Of a stretch of DNA of 24,477 bases, positions 24,232 through 24,477 are shown in pieces. The stretch lies in the NCBI GenBank assembly GCA_000387965.1, contig APJZ01000006.1, positions 1-24,477 of the forward strand. Direction: 5' to 3'. The position numbers were made by a program, and so were the translations under genes. This DNA is from Candidatus Nanobsidianus stetteri. Lineage in GTDB: Archaea > Nanobdellota > Nanobdellia > Nanobdellales > Nanobdellaceae. Position 1 is the first letter of the stretch. The number at the start of each line of letters is the position of its first letter. The notes under the pieces were generated by a model. It saw nothing but the letters and a program-made list of their open reading frames with translations. It had not been told where the DNA came from and made no database searches.

Positions 24232-24477
24232 ATGTATAAAATATCTGATATAACCCTCGATACAATAGTCTATGAAATAAGAAAAGGAGAAAATAATTTG
24301 GATGAAATACTAGCATATCAAACAAATCCGAAAAAAGAATTTATATCTTATACTTTTCAAACAAATAGAGAGATACCAAAATTATTGGAAATTTATAGAG
24401 AGACTAGAGATCAATATTATCCTTTGGCATTTATAGTACCTTCACCATCACCTGAAATGAATAGACAACCTATTCCT
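24232..24477 (+). CDS. Hypothetical protein, partial (continues past the right edge)
   Basis: ATG at 24232, then 82 codons with no stop to the window end: MYKISDITLDTIVYEIRKGENNLDEILAYQTNPKKEFISYTFQTNREIPKLLEIYRETRDQYYPLAFIVPSPSPEMNRQPIP. The composition looks like a normal soluble protein. Family not recognised. Absent from the track because it is edge-truncated. Confidence 0.5.
   Translation, partial: MYKISDITLDTIVYEIRKGENNLDEILAYQTNPKKEFISYTFQTNREIPKLLEIYRETRDQYYPLAFIVPSPSPEMNRQPIP

Noticed and set aside
23999-24325. 108-aa minus-strand ORF.
   Set aside because: It spans tRNA-Arg (24098-24172) and intergenic DNA. The only non-AT-like part of its 'protein' (RGDSNPGPLGPQPR) is the reverse translation of the tRNA, so it is spurious.
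1-24477. Search of all spacers for C/D-box sRNA (RUGAUGA ... CUGA), H/ACA-like RNAs, or GC-rich islands indicating structured RNAs beyond the three tRNAs.
   Set aside because: No spacer contains a proper C box/D box pair. The only GC-rich patches outside the tRNAs lie in coding sequence for Gly/Ala/Pro-rich peptide segments (for example 7470-7510 in tfb and 9360-9425 in the membrane-protein tail).

Overview
Extremely AT-rich, very compact archaeal window. By my calls only about 707 of 24,477 nt are non-genic. It carries three intron-less, GC-rich tRNAs (tRNA-Thr is 47/73 G+C by hand count) against a background that looks roughly one-quarter G+C. That contrast suggests a small-genome (hyper)thermophile. 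The gene content (thermopsin-type acid protease, glycogen genes, heavily sequon-loaded surface proteins, pervasive gene overlaps) fits a DPANN/Nanoarchaeota-like thermoacidophilic symbiont, but taxonomy cannot be proven from this window.

Layout:
- 1-3755 (-): a giant surface-protein ORF. It is missing from the supplied ORF track because it runs off the left edge.
- 3781-9350: housekeeping genes LonB, a polytopic membrane protein, and a TFB / Pop5-like / PsmA / SBDS operon.
- 9351-17594: a glycogen island. It holds a membrane protein, a eukaryote-type GT3 glycogen synthase, a ParA/MinD ATPase, a small unknown protein, GH57, a GT4/5 glycosyltransferase, a debranching enzyme and an AAA+-wHTH protein.
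- 17594-22937: tRNA-Thr, two type-II anchored surface proteins (one CAP-domain protein, one Tyr/Leu heptad stalk), an ICMT-family methyltransferase, tRNA-Pro and a membrane-anchored thermopsin-like protease.
- 22990-24477: TrmY, an RNase-H-fold protein, tRNA-Arg and a partial ORF.

I found no CRISPR array, rRNA, transposase or integrase.

Most notable observations:
- a stop-less in-frame junction joining two complete surface-protein modules;
- a 17-heptad Tyr/Leu zipper with N-Y-T sequons every 28 residues;
- a ParA/MinD plus small-protein pair translationally coupled to a GT3 glycogen synthase;
- divergent intergenic spacers (37/38 and 51/52 bp) whose TATA-like elements sit about 26-27 nt from the ATGs;
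- tRNAs that touch or overlap neighbouring stop codons.
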